From IMG/VR virus record IMGVR_UViG_3300016486_001578: DNA of 64,000 nucleotides; one strand, written 5' to 3'. The stretch is from a virus. Its lineage: Duplodnaviria > Caudoviricetes. Both the position numbers and the translations under genes were made by a program. Under the pieces are notes generated by a model. It searched no databases, was not told where the DNA came from, and worked only from the letters and a program-made list of their open reading frames with translations. Below, piece by piece: positions 10,148 through 20,447 of the stretch. The first letter of the stretch is position 1. The number at the start of each line of letters is the position of its first letter.

Positions 10148-10407
10148 AGTAACATAGTAATATTCTGAGATACTTCGTATATTAGAACGGTAGTAAGAGA
10201 CTTGCCTTATCAGTGAGCCCCTAAAATTTGAGTTGAGAAATTCAAAAAATGGATCAAGATTGAGGAAAAATCTACTTCCTTTAAATAAAAAGATAGGGAA
10301 ACATCTACTTCCCTTAAATAAAAAGATAAGATGGACTATACTTTAAAAAAGTCACCAAAAATTTCTAGGAAATATTTGGGTTGCTTAGATTAGCCTTTCT
10401 TGTTACT
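10148..10407 (+). ncRNA. Candidate Y-RNA-like structured RNA 2 (260 nt)
   Basis: Ends pair (AGTAACA/TGTTACT; TCTGAG/CTTAGA), same TAG...TACTTCG...TTTCT layout as RNA 1, several internal hairpins. Confidence 0.5.
10270..10328 (+). repeat. Two 26-nt direct repeats ATCTACTTCCYTTAAATAAAAAGATA (period 33)
   Basis: 10270-10295 and 10303-10328, one mismatch. Confidence 0.9.
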
Positions 10408-10414
10408 GAGAAAC

Positions 10415-10467
10415 AAAAAATAGACCAGGATTTTGAGAAACCTCAAAATTACTGGTCTATTTTTTTT
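10415..10467 (+). terminator. Strong intrinsic terminator-like hairpin
   Basis: aaaaaatagaccag-attttgag / ctcaaaat-ctggtctatttttttt. Confidence 0.8.
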
Positions 10468-10485
10468 AATAATAAAATAAAAAAT

Positions 10486-10566
10486 ATGTCAAAATTTAAC
10501 ACAACAACAAAAAAGCAAAAAACACTAACTGAAAATTTAGCTGGTGGTCAAGCATATACTCAATCA
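10486..10566 (+). pseudogene. 5' fragment of a TROVE/Ro60-like gene, truncated after 27 codons
   Basis: MSKFNTTTKKQKTLTENLAGGQAYTQS matches, from recall, the MxKFN...NLAGGxAY N-terminus of bacterial TROVE proteins; unrelated sequence follows and a stop comes at 10632. Confidence 0.6.
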
Positions 10567-10624
10567 TTAGTGATTGCGTTTGATTCAGCACCGACTGATG
10601 GGAAATTAAACATGGTAGGCAGCT

Positions 10625-12810
10625 ATGTCTAAGATATTCTACATATTGAAGTCAGCTTTTAAGTCTGTTGTTGATTATTTCAAGAACATAAAATCTTTAG
10701 AACTCAATGGAATTAATCAGTATGTAGATTGTGGTGATGATGATATATTCTCATTTGGTGATGGAGTTACTGATAGTCCTTTTAGTTTTAGTGGGTGGAT
10801 TTATTATAGTGAAGAGAATATAAGACTATGTTCTAAGTTTTTGGGAAGTACACAAAGAGAGTATCAAGTATATATTGAGAATAATTGGTTAACATTTGCT
10901 CTTTATGGACAAGGTTCTAGTGCTAATAGACTTAGTATGATTTTTAATACAACAAGTTTAGTATTGAATAAGTGGTATCATATAACTGTAACTTGTAATG
11001 GTAATGGGTTGAATTCGGGTATGAAAGGTTTTTTAAATGGTATTGAGTTAAGTGGTTATGGTTCAAATACTGGTACTTATATAGCTATGTCACCACAAGT
11101 TTCTACATTTAAAATTGGTACAGAAGGAACAATTTTTAGTACTGCTAATATAGACCAAATGTGTGTTTGGAATAAAGAATTAAGTTTAGAAGAAATACGT
11201 GAAGCGATTCAATTAAATAGCTTAGAACAACATTCAGCTTATGCTAATTTAATCTCATGGTATGAATTTGAAGATGCAGAAATAGTTGGTACTACTTTAA
11301 TGAATAGAATTAGTGGTGCTCCTAATGCTACACTTTATAATGGAGCAACTAACTCAAAGGATATAAACTACCCTAGAACGTATCAATTAGAACCTAATGA
11401 CAATACTCCTTATGCAGAGAATGATACTGGCTGGGCATTGGACTTTGATGGCACGAATGAGTATGTAAATATACCTGATGCTGATGAGTTAAGCTTCGGT
11501 GCAAATCCTTTTAGTGTGTCAGTTTGGTTAAATAGAGACGAAATCAGAAATAAGTTTATAATAGAGAAAAAGATGAATATGATTTCAGAGGCAGTAACGC
11601 TACTAGATACTTCTTCACTTGCTATGATACAAATACAAGTAATTATATTAGAGTTACTTCTACTGCAACTGATGCTCCTGCTGGAGAATGGATTAATGTA
11701 ACAGTAACAGGTGATGGCTCAGGATTGGCCTCAGGATTAACTCTATATCAAAACGGAGTGTTAATAAGTTCAACGAATGTAACTGTAGGTACTTACGTTC
11801 AAATGCAAAATACTACATCTGATCTAACTCTTGGAAGAACCTCTGCCGCTTATGAAGGTTTGATGGATAATGTGTGTTTATTTGAGAAGGAATTAACCCA
11901 AGCCGAGGTTCTGCAGATTGTGAATGAACATCAAGTAAGAAACGAAACAGAGTTTAGTTTAGTATCTAATTTAGTTGGTTATTGGAGAGGTGTTAATTCT
12001 AGAACCGGTACTGATGGAGTAATCGATCAGTCAGGTAATGGGAATCATGGAACTATGACAAACATGACCGACAGTGATGTTGTTCTTTCAAGTCCTAGGC
12101 CTATATTCAACGAAGCTACAAAAGGTAGTACTATATTTGAGAGTGGTGATAATATAACAGTACCAAGTAATGCAGATTTTTCTTTTAGTTCAGGTGGCGT
12201 AGATAGACCGATTACTATTTGTTTTAATATACACCCAACTAGTACAGGTTTCAGAAATTTACGTGGACCGAATAAACCTGGAGAGTGGCAATTAAATGGA
12301 TATACCCTTACACAACCTCGTTTTATTTTATTTGGAACTGGTGGAAATTTATTTGTGGTATCTCCTACAAGACTTTTAGATGATATTTGGTATCAGATTT
12401 GTATTGTGTATGATGGTACTGGTGCAACTAATTCAGTTAATGCTTTTAAAATATATGTGAATGGTGTAGATGTTCCAGTAACCAATAATGGATCGGGAGC
12501 ATATACTGGAGCAATAACAAATAGTAATGATTTACAGTTTAATGATACTATGGAAAATAATATGACTGATTTTTGTGTAATTCATAAAGCATTAACACCA
12601 CCAGAAGTAGACGAATTGTACAACGACGGTTCACCTCCAGATTTAACAGAAGTAACATTTGCCTCTGACGTAAAACATTGGTGGAAACTTGATACAACCG
12701 AAGACCTAACAGTTATTGGTGGTGTTATAGACCAAATAGGAACCTCTGATGGTACCGCAATTAACATGACGATAGCAAACACAGACCTAACAGACTACCC
12801 AATAAATTAA
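10625..12810 (+). CDS. Multi-LamG/concanavalin A-like domain protein, split by a -1 frameshift near 11567-11572
   Basis: Repeated LxFDG..YV, FSxSxW, WYHI and D..++W..L motifs; ORFs 10625..11701 and 11725..12810 join if one A is added in gagAAAAAg (continuing DEYDFRGS...GEWINVTVT). Confidence 0.75.
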
Positions 12811-12820
12811 AATAAACATT

Positions 12821-13348
12821 ATGAAGTATTATATAATAGAACAAGAAAAAATAACAAAGTACCTTCCTTTAATGGAGCAGAGCTTTGGTCATCCTAATAT
12901 TAGTGTAAAATTAAACTTAGATGAGAGTAAAGGAATTATGCAATTCACAGATGAGTTAGCCCCAAAGGGATATACCTCTTATACTAATAAAGAGATTCAA
13001 GATATTCTTAGAAACTCTCAATGGTCAGAGCAACCTACTTTAACAGATGAAGAGAAGATTTATATACTAATAAAATATGGTAAAGAGTTAGTTGTTAAAT
13101 TTCAAATAGATAATACCGCTTTAATAAGAGAAGGAAGTATCACTGAGATAGAAGCCGCTCAATTAATATATGACCAAGATGTTCAAGCAGTTACAACAGC
13201 TTTACTTGCTGGTACTTTAAGAGGTGCCGCTTTTCTTATTCAAACGAGATTCTTAGATGCTAGTGGTGAGAGCGTAAAGCCTTGGGTAACTAAAGAAAGA
13301 ATAGTAGAATATTTAACTACGATAAATAATATAATTAGTAATATATAA
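12821..13348 (+). CDS. Hypothetical phage protein
   Basis: 175-aa ORF tightly coupled to the LamG gene. Confidence 0.65.
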   Translation: MKYYIIEQEKITKYLPLMEQSFGHPNISVKLNLDESKGIMQFTDELAPKGYTSYTNKEIQDILRNSQWSEQPTLTDEEKIYILIKYGKELVVKFQIDNTALIREGSITEIEAAQLIYDQDVQAVTTALLAGTLRGAAFLIQTRFLDASGESVKPWVTKERIVEYLTTINNIISNI

Positions 13349-13631
13349 TGCAAGATTTAAGTAAATATAATTCGATATTAACTTTCTTTGTTAACAATTT
13401 AATGTTAGATTTAGAGACTTTATAACCGAGAGAGATCACATAGATACAGGAGCAATGTATGCGTCTGTTAGGTTTGATATATCATCACAACAAAACACTT
13501 TTAATATTACATTAGAAGCAGAACATTATATTGAATACTTAGATAATTATCAATTCTTAAATGATTTTTATGAATTGAGTTCAACACAATTAATATTAGA
13601 TGATATGGTTACAGACAATCTATTAGAATAG
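13348..13631 (+). pseudogene. Frameshifted small ORF with an IDTG motif (possibly HK97-gp10-like neck/tail protein)
   Basis: MQDLSKY...LMLD continues in the -1 frame as FRDFITERDHIDTGAMYASVRF...; needs one extra T at gaTTTaga near 13410. Confidence 0.4.
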
Positions 13632-13817
13632 GTGTCCATTTTTATCCACGACCCCATAATTAAAAGAAATTCTTGAATGTTCCATATCCTTTATTGGTAA
13701 TAGGTTATCCATGAAAAAGTCCTTATCAATCATATAATCTTTTTCAAAATCTTTATACTCTTTAGAGAAAATAAATGATTCGTTTATTTTATTAAAATCT
13801 TTAAATCTTTTAATCAT
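13623..13817 (-). CDS. Hypothetical protein with KRFxxF..INES N-terminal motif, probably 3'-truncated
   Basis: MIKRFKDFNKINES; weakly resembles the N-terminus of the 434-aa ORF at 33085..34389. Confidence 0.55.
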   Translation of the reverse strand: MIKRFKDFNKINESFIFSKEYKDFEKDYMIDKDFFMDNLLPIKDMEHSRISFNYGVVDKNGHLF

Positions 13818-14002
13818 TGTTTTAGTTGTTTATTGTCATATTAGCCTTTTTCGACTAATATGACATCTATTATTATATATTAAATTTTTTTAAATTAAAA
13901 CAAAATTTGTATAATATTATATAAATAAAAAAAAGAATATATTATGGAAGAATTGAAACCTATGGAAAATGGTGGCCACTATTAAAATTATAGTGGCCTT
14001 TT

Positions 14003-14767
14003 TTATTGCCAAACTTTTTCTAGATTTATTTTTGATCTTATATCTATAACAATATCATCCTTTATTAAAGAATATCTTTGTAGTGGTAAGAATTCTTCGA
14101 CTATATAACTTATTTTCCTAAATTCATTTTCATCTATATCAAAGTTGAATATTTGTATTAGATTTAACACTTCTGATTCAGATAGTTTATTTTTATATCC
14201 TAAGAAATAAATAAAATCGTAAGAATATTCATTATAGATATTTTCACCTTCTTTCGCTTTCTTTATTAAGAACTTAGCTAGACTATCCTCTACTCCTATT
14301 GTTGGTAATGAATATTTATAATTATCTATCTCAAAATGGTACAATTCTTTATTATAATTTGCCATCATTCCTTCGCTTATTTTGGCGTAATTAAAATTAT
14401 CTGAATTAAATTTTATTAACTTTTCTTTATCCTCTATATCACAATGATAATTTAAAATAATTGGTTTGCTGTTTGTATATTTTACAATTTCTAGAAATAT
14501 AAACACCATATCAATACTTTTTATATCATCCATTGCATATCCTTTTGATAAATTTATACTTTTCCTTACCACATTTCTTATTTTATTTATAATAACTCCT
14601 ATTTCTTTTGTGTATCCATTTTCATATTCTTTTATATCTTCTATTTTACACTTCTTTATTTTTAATTTAAAATCTTTTTTATAGAATAATCCTTGTGATG
14701 GTAAAATACTAACATCCAAACTTTTCTCCGACTCTAACAACCCATTTATTATATCATATAATCCCAT
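14003..14767 (-). CDS. Putative baseplate hub assembly protein (T4 gp26-like)
   Basis: N-terminal LPSQGLFY motif and later D..+FI pattern; terminator-like hairpin at 13973-13998. Confidence 0.45.
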   Translation of the reverse strand: MGLYDIINGLLESEKSLDVSILPSQGLFYKKDFKLKIKKCKIEDIKEYENGYTKEIGVIINKIRNVVRKSINLSKGYAMDDIKSIDMVFIFLEIVKYTNSKPIILNYHCDIEDKEKLIKFNSDNFNYAKISEGMMANYNKELYHFEIDNYKYSLPTIGVEDSLAKFLIKKAKEGENIYNEYSYDFIYFLGYKNKLSESEVLNLIQIFNFDIDENEFRKISYIVEEFLPLQRYSLIKDDIVIDIRSKINLEKVWQ

Positions 14768-14831
14768 ATCTAATTTTATTTTTATATATTAAAATATCTT
14801 TGGGGGAGAAACTTTAATAAATATATACTTC

Positions 14832-15554
14832 ATGGTAATTGGTGGAGATTGTTTACAAAATATTAAAAAAATTGAGGATAATTCTATTGATTTAGTATTA
14901 ATAGATCCCCCATATATAATATCAAAAAAATCCAATTTCAGAAAAGTTTCCAAAGATGCACCAGATAATATAAAAAGGAAATATGATATATCAATAGATT
15001 TTGGTGATTGGGATAAAGAAGAACTAGATTGGGATTATCTATTTAGTGAATATTATAGAGTACTTAGAAAAGGCGGAACAATTGTTATATTTTATGACTC
15101 TTGGAAATCTAATGATATCCGTTATTCTGCTGATAAGAATAAATTTAAACAACCAAGAGTTGGTATATGGGTTAAAAATAACCCAGTTCCTATTAATTCT
15201 AAATTGAATTATCTATCTAATGCAATTGAGTTTTTTTATACATTCACTAAGGTGTCTAAACCGACTTTTAATTCTTCTTATGATAATGGTATTTATAATT
15301 ACCCTATCTGTCATGGCAAAGAAAGGTATAGTCATCCAACACAAAAACCATTATCACTTATTTCTGATTTAATAGAAAAACACTCAAATATCGGAGATAC
15401 TGTTTTGGATACTTTTGCTGGAACAGGAACAACAGCGCATGCTTGTTTGGTTTTGGATAGAAAATATATAGTAATGGAAAGAGATTTAGATTATCTATCA
15501 ATAATAAATAAAAGGTTATCAGAGGTAACAGAAAAATATAAAATAAAAAAATGA
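14832..15554 (+). CDS. Orphan DNA methyltransferase (N6-A/N4-C, beta class)
   Basis: GDCL, DPPY, HPTQKP and VLDTFAGTGTT in beta order. Confidence 0.92.
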   Translation: MVIGGDCLQNIKKIEDNSIDLVLIDPPYIISKKSNFRKVSKDAPDNIKRKYDISIDFGDWDKEELDWDYLFSEYYRVLRKGGTIVIFYDSWKSNDIRYSADKNKFKQPRVGIWVKNNPVPINSKLNYLSNAIEFFYTFTKVSKPTFNSSYDNGIYNYPICHGKERYSHPTQKPLSLISDLIEKHSNIGDTVLDTFAGTGTTAHACLVLDRKYIVMERDLDYLSIINKRLSEVTEKYKIKK

Positions 15555-15949
15555 TAAAAATAAAAAATTCACAATTAAATACAGAAACAATAAATTCTAT
15601 AAATAAATTAATAGAAATGGATATAAACGCATCAATAGCTTTTAGACTAGTTAGGGTCATAAGAGAATTATCAACAATAATTGAGGATAAGATAAAGATG
15701 GAAAGAAAGATCCTGGATAAGTGGATAGAAAAGGGAGAAAATGGTGAAATAATAAGACCAACGGGTGATAATGGTGAAGTAATAAAAAATTCTGTAAAGA
15801 TAACTAATAATTCTGCTTTTAATGAAGAAATGAATTTGCTTATGCAAGTTGAGAATGAAATTGATTTTAACCAAGTTAGTTTTGATGAACTTGGGCTTAA
15901 AACTGTCAAAATAAAGGATATAATGAAAATTGATTTCCTTTTCATCTAA
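15551..15949 (+). CDS. Hypothetical phage protein
   Basis: 132-aa ORF overlapping the MTase stop (ATGA). Confidence 0.65.
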   Translation: MIKIKNSQLNTETINSINKLIEMDINASIAFRLVRVIRELSTIIEDKIKMERKILDKWIEKGENGEIIRPTGDNGEVIKNSVKITNNSAFNEEMNLLMQVENEIDFNQVSFDELGLKTVKIKDIMKIDFLFI

Positions 15950-15963
15950 AAATATTAAAAAAA

Positions 15964-16197
15964 ATGATAAATAATAAGAAAGATTACCTAATGGCGCTTA
16001 ATACTATAAACTCAAATATAGGAGATGAGAAATATGATGATTTGAAAAAAGATGTCAATGAGTATGAAAGAAAAAACTTCAAAATAAGTGGTGATATAAC
16101 ACCCAATGTGCCTCCTATCGAGGTTATTAAAATAAATATTTTTACAGTTGGTTTTAATAGAATTAAGTATTGGGTTAAATCATTTAATAGGGACTAG
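15964..16197 (+). CDS. Hypothetical protein
   Basis: 77-aa ORF in the same operon. Confidence 0.5.
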   Translation: MINNKKDYLMALNTINSNIGDEKYDDLKKDVNEYERKNFKISGDITPNVPPIEVIKINIFTVGFNRIKYWVKSFNRD

Positions 16198-16227
16198 AAA
16201 TTATAAATAATGTGTAGTTCATTAGTT

Positions 16228-16236
16228 TAATATATA
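16228..16236 (+). promoter_or_regulatory. Putative phage late-promoter motif TAATATATA (representative copy of about 19 gene-proximal copies)
   Basis: Found in the sense orientation within about 60 nt upstream of starts on both strands (see findings). Confidence 0.5.
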
Positions 16237-16257
16237 ATAAAAAAGTATAAATTATAA

Positions 16258-17865
16258 ATGCCAGCTACATATAGTATATTTAATGATGAGATAACAGAGG
16301 CGACTAGAAAGCCGGATATCTATTCCGTCTTACAAGAGATACCAAATAATTCACAAAAGTTAATAAAACCAAGAGATATAAGAGATGCTTTTTTATCTTC
16401 TTGGGCTAATGCTACCTTTAAAATAACATCTAATGGATCGGATGAATATATTGGTGTGGATTCTGGTGATCCGGATAATAGAGATGTTAAGAAAAAAATA
16501 TTAATAGGTAAAAGAAGCGTAGGAACACTTGATATAATGAGTGATTCTATTATAAACTCAACAGATGCTGATATACTTTTTTATAATACAAAACCCGATA
16601 ATGTTTCACAAGATTCGACTAAAATATCATTCTTAGCTGGTACTTTTTCTAATTTATTTGCTTCGGCCCCATTCATAGAGTCGGTATCGGATGGTAGTTC
16701 GATTACGCTTAATATAGAAAATTTACAAAATTCTATTAATATATTATCATTAACTAGTAGTGTTACTATAAATAATATTTCTTTCCCAACAGTTGATGAA
16801 TCAATTAGTGATTCTGCAGTTGGTAAAATATTAAAATATTCAGGAATATTTCCTTATGGTAAATTGGTTTGGGGTGATATAACAACAGATGATACAATAA
16901 TTGGATCAACTGGATCCAATACAAATATATATGGCTCGACTGTTTCTTTAAATGGTTATCCATTAGAGTTTATAGAAGATAGATTGGTTCCTACTACTAT
17001 AGGTGGTATCGAACAAGGTATGTCTTTTTCTGCTGGGTCTTTTATAAATAATTTAGGATCAGCCTCAAATTGGCCATTGGTTGAGATAATAAGAAATATA
17101 TTGTATCCTTATATCGAGCCGGAATTATTAATATCTGTTATAAATTTAGACACAAATAATAAATATATTGAAGTAGGCGCAACTGCTAGTTTATCTATTG
17201 AGTATTCTATTACTACTTATGCTAGGGAAGATAGTGAATCTATTAGTGAATACTTTGTTAGAGATTATGGCACAAGTGGTGTTACATGGAGTGTGATAGA
17301 TAGTGGTTCTAGCCTATTGGGTGACCCAGGTGTGACTTTCTCATTTACTACAACGTACTTAGAGACAGGCACTGGATCGGTTAGTGAGGAGCGAGAATAT
17401 GCACTCTTGGTGTCCACTATAAATCCACCAACGGCATTAGATCCGAATGTTAGTAATGTTGGGTTCAGTTTTAGTGCAATTGATACATTATCTTATATAA
17501 ATCCATTTTTTATTGGCTTTTATGTAGATTTTGATATAACATCTGATATTTCATCTTTCCGTGATTTTATTTGGGACACAGAAACAACTACAATAGTTGA
17601 AGATTATCCAGGTATTGGTGGATCCATTTTTGTCCCGTACCCTGTTTTTGATCATCAGCATGTTTATTTTGCCTATCCGTCATCATATGGGTTATTGACA
17701 TCAATAAATCTAACTACTTCTTCTTCTTTTGATATTATAAACATCTTTACTTATTCGATTTTACAACCAGATTCACCATTGGATTATTATGGCGAATATT
17801 ATATATATAAAACAGAACTTGAAACTTCTATTGATGTAATTGGTAGCTTTGAATTTATATTTTAA
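16258..17865 (+). CDS. Putative virion structural protein (paralog of 17868..19322)
   Basis: S/T/G-rich and acidic; shares IRD..LS.W, YIG+D.G.P.xRD.K.KILIGK and NGYPLEF with the next ORF. Confidence 0.7.
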   Translation: MPATYSIFNDEITEATRKPDIYSVLQEIPNNSQKLIKPRDIRDAFLSSWANATFKITSNGSDEYIGVDSGDPDNRDVKKKILIGKRSVGTLDIMSDSIINSTDADILFYNTKPDNVSQDSTKISFLAGTFSNLFASAPFIESVSDGSSITLNIENLQNSINILSLTSSVTINNISFPTVDESISDSAVGKILKYSGIFPYGKLVWGDITTDDTIIGSTGSNTNIYGSTVSLNGYPLEFIEDRLVPTTIGGIEQGMSFSAGSFINNLGSASNWPLVEIIRNILYPYIEPELLISVINLDTNNKYIEVGATASLSIEYSITTYAREDSESISEYFVRDYGTSGVTWSVIDSGSSLLGDPGVTFSFTTTYLETGTGSVSEEREYALLVSTINPPTALDPNVSNVGFSFSAIDTLSYINPFFIGFYVDFDITSDISSFRDFIWDTETTTIVEDYPGIGGSIFVPYPVFDHQHVYFAYPSSYGLLTSINLTTSSSFDIINIFTYSILQPDSPLDYYGEYYIYKTELETSIDVIGSFEFIF

Positions 17866-17867
17866 TT

Positions 17868-19322
17868 ATGCAGACATATAGTTTATACATAGGAACCGAT
17901 TTAGAATCAACTAGTTATGATTTATCTGATCAATCACAGTTTAATGAAGTCTTGGATAAATTACAAGATAACGAGGTAGGTTATATTGATCCATTTGATA
18001 TAAGAGATAGTATATTATCACTATGGAGTAATTGTGTCTTTAAAGAAACAAAATCTGGATCTGATTATTACATAGGAATAGATACAGGTAATCCGAGTGA
18101 TAGGGATTTTAAGAGTAAAATTCTAATAGGTAAAGGAAATTATTATGATGATTTTTTATATACTAGTGATATGGATAATAATGATGTTGATGTATATTTT
18201 ACAAATACAAAATTAGACACCGATAATAATAATGAATTTAAATTGAGTATATTATCTGGTGATAATAGTAGCCTATTTATAAATTCACCATATATATCAG
18301 CACAATTTGTGTCTGATGTTTCTAAAATATCATTTAATATAATAAATGAATATGGTAGTATAAACATAAAATCAGATAGCGGTACAGTTTCTTTAAATAA
18401 TATATTTATACCAACAATATTGGATAGCCAATCCAATGATATAGATGGCAAATTATTACAATTATCACCATCTGGTCTAGAGTGGGGAGAAGTTTCTTCT
18501 TTCTTAGGAAACACTGCTGGTACACAAAGTGATAGCCTAGATATCTATGGTTATGTTTATGTTAATGGTTATCCATTAGAGTTCACTGATGATAGAAAAG
18601 TATCAGCACCGGTTGGTAGTGTTTTGATGGGTGAATCTTTTGATAAATTACCATTAAATGAGATGCTAAAAAGGATAGTTTATTCTTATCAATCTCCTTT
18701 ATGTAGTATATCAATACTTCCTCCATATGATTCGGGTATTATAGAAGTTGGTACAACACCCACAATAGAAATATCATATAAAATAAATAAAAAAACACTA
18801 CCAACCACAACTACTGTTTTATATAATATGATACCAAGTTCTTATCCACCAATAACAAGTAATTCATTTGAAGAAATTAATGGTATTGCTAATGGGTTGT
18901 TGATACCATCTCCTGCTTTGCCAGGAACGCAAAGTTATGAGATATCAGTTAGTGATGGATTAGAGTCTAATTCTTTTGGTATTGATTTGTCTATTGTTTA
19001 TCCATTCTTTTATGGAGTTGGTATTAATAATAACCCAAATTATAGTGGTATGTCATTTCTGATAAAACTGATAGAACTACCTTCTAATAAATCAATTGAA
19101 ATTATAGGAAGTGGTAATATTTATATAATATACCCACAAGATTATGGGACCTTGGATAAAATAATAAATGATAGTTCTGTTGATGTTATTTCTGACTTTA
19201 CACTATCTAGTATAATATACTCATCACCAGATGGTAACTGGTCATCTAAACCTTATTATTTATATAAGTCTGATAACTTATTTGTGTTCAATTCTCCTGT
19301 TATATACAGTTTTGAGTTTTAA
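17868..19322 (+). CDS. Putative virion structural protein (paralog of 16258..17865)
   Basis: Shared motifs as above, including C-terminal YP..YG.L. Confidence 0.7.
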   Translation: MQTYSLYIGTDLESTSYDLSDQSQFNEVLDKLQDNEVGYIDPFDIRDSILSLWSNCVFKETKSGSDYYIGIDTGNPSDRDFKSKILIGKGNYYDDFLYTSDMDNNDVDVYFTNTKLDTDNNNEFKLSILSGDNSSLFINSPYISAQFVSDVSKISFNIINEYGSINIKSDSGTVSLNNIFIPTILDSQSNDIDGKLLQLSPSGLEWGEVSSFLGNTAGTQSDSLDIYGYVYVNGYPLEFTDDRKVSAPVGSVLMGESFDKLPLNEMLKRIVYSYQSPLCSISILPPYDSGIIEVGTTPTIEISYKINKKTLPTTTTVLYNMIPSSYPPITSNSFEEINGIANGLLIPSPALPGTQSYEISVSDGLESNSFGIDLSIVYPFFYGVGINNNPNYSGMSFLIKLIELPSNKSIEIIGSGNIYIIYPQDYGTLDKIINDSSVDVISDFTLSSIIYSSPDGNWSSKPYYLYKSDNLFVFNSPVIYSFEF

Positions 19323-19340
19323 AAAAATTATATATACATT

Positions 19341-20447
19341 ATGTCAATATCAATAATAGATAATTTTGAGCTAGGTGCCGATAAACCGATGGATAATAGA
19401 TTTGTGGTTGGCCCAGGTTTGAAATATGAAACAAAAGCCAAAATAACACATAAATACACTGGATTAAAAACATGGGATATTAATGATGGGTTAGGTTACC
19501 TATGGAATGGATCATCTTGGGAATTAGACCCTAGCTCTGAGACAATAGCCGTTGGTCCTGGATCAACTAGTAGTATAGCTAAATTTACATCAAGTGGTAA
19601 TATTGGTAATTCGATTATGGTAGAATCAAGTGGTAAAATAACAGTTAGTGGTATTTTACAAGCTTCTAATTTAGTTGGAGCCGGTTCTAATATTACGAAC
19701 ATAAATGCTAATAATATATCATCAGGTGTTTTGAGTCTTTCTAGAATACAAGGTTCCACTAATAGTATAGTCGTTAGTAATGGTGTTGGGTTGGCCTCTA
19801 GTTGGTTATATCTAGATGATGTAACTGTTGGTAATTCAAATAAAGTAGAAATAACTAATTCATCAACTGGTAACCACTACTTATTATCATCACTAAGTGA
19901 TGGTAGTCAAGGATTGTATAAGAATAATTCGCTTGTTTATAAGCCATTAACTGATAGTTTGATGCTTTGTAAAACATCAATTGGAACAGATGGAGTTGCT
20001 CCGGATTATGGGCTACTAGTTAGTGGTAATGTTGTTTTAAGTGGGTTGAATTCTTATACAGAATCATCAACACAATCTTTTACTTTAGTAACAGATGGTA
20101 CTGGTGATATAAAATTAGACACAGGAATAACAATTCCTTATATGGGAATAATTCTTTGGAATGATGATGACTTACCTAGAGGATTTGGTATATGTGATGG
20201 ATCAACTTATTTAACACCACTTGGTACTGCTTCTTCTCCGGATATGAGACAGAGATTTTTATTTGGTGCTGGTAACGCAGTGGATGTTAATACACCTGGG
20301 CCTGAGTCTGTTGGTGATGAAAATAGTTACTATGGTTTAACCGGAGTAAGTGCTAGTGGTGTCACTGCTAGTGGAATGACACATAGTTATAGGTCAATGC
20401 ATTACATAATGTATGTTGGTTACCCGATAATAGCAACTAGTAGATAA
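19341..20447 (+). CDS. Tail fibre-like protein with a tail-collar-like domain
   Basis: G/S-rich; C-terminal GIILW...PRGFGICDG...PDMRQRFLFGAG resembles the phage tail collar domain. Confidence 0.7.
   Translation: MSISIIDNFELGADKPMDNRFVVGPGLKYETKAKITHKYTGLKTWDINDGLGYLWNGSSWELDPSSETIAVGPGSTSSIAKFTSSGNIGNSIMVESSGKITVSGILQASNLVGAGSNITNINANNISSGVLSLSRIQGSTNSIVVSNGVGLASSWLYLDDVTVGNSNKVEITNSSTGNHYLLSSLSDGSQGLYKNNSLVYKPLTDSLMLCKTSIGTDGVAPDYGLLVSGNVVLSGLNSYTESSTQSFTLVTDGTGDIKLDTGITIPYMGIILWNDDDLPRGFGICDGSTYLTPLGTASSPDMRQRFLFGAGNAVDVNTPGPESVGDENSYYGLTGVSASGVTASGMTHSYRSMHYIMYVGYPIIATSR

Noticed and set aside
10270-10328. Direct repeats as a mini CRISPR array
   Set aside because: Only two copies with a 7-nt gap, no spacer-length unique sequence and no cas genes in the window.
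10381-10632. 83-aa ORF from TTG 10381
   Set aside because: It runs through a terminator hairpin; the plausible start is ATG 10486 and the product looks chimeric.
11564-11572. Programmed -1 frameshift in the LamG gene
   Set aside because: G_AAA_AAG is an imperfect slippery site, and similar single-base homopolymer losses elsewhere point to sequencing error or decay.
10625-12810. Diversity-generating retroelement target
   Set aside because: No reverse transcriptase and no template/variable repeat pair seen in the window.
14832-15554. Restriction-modification system
   Set aside because: No adjacent restriction endonuclease; treated as an orphan methyltransferase.
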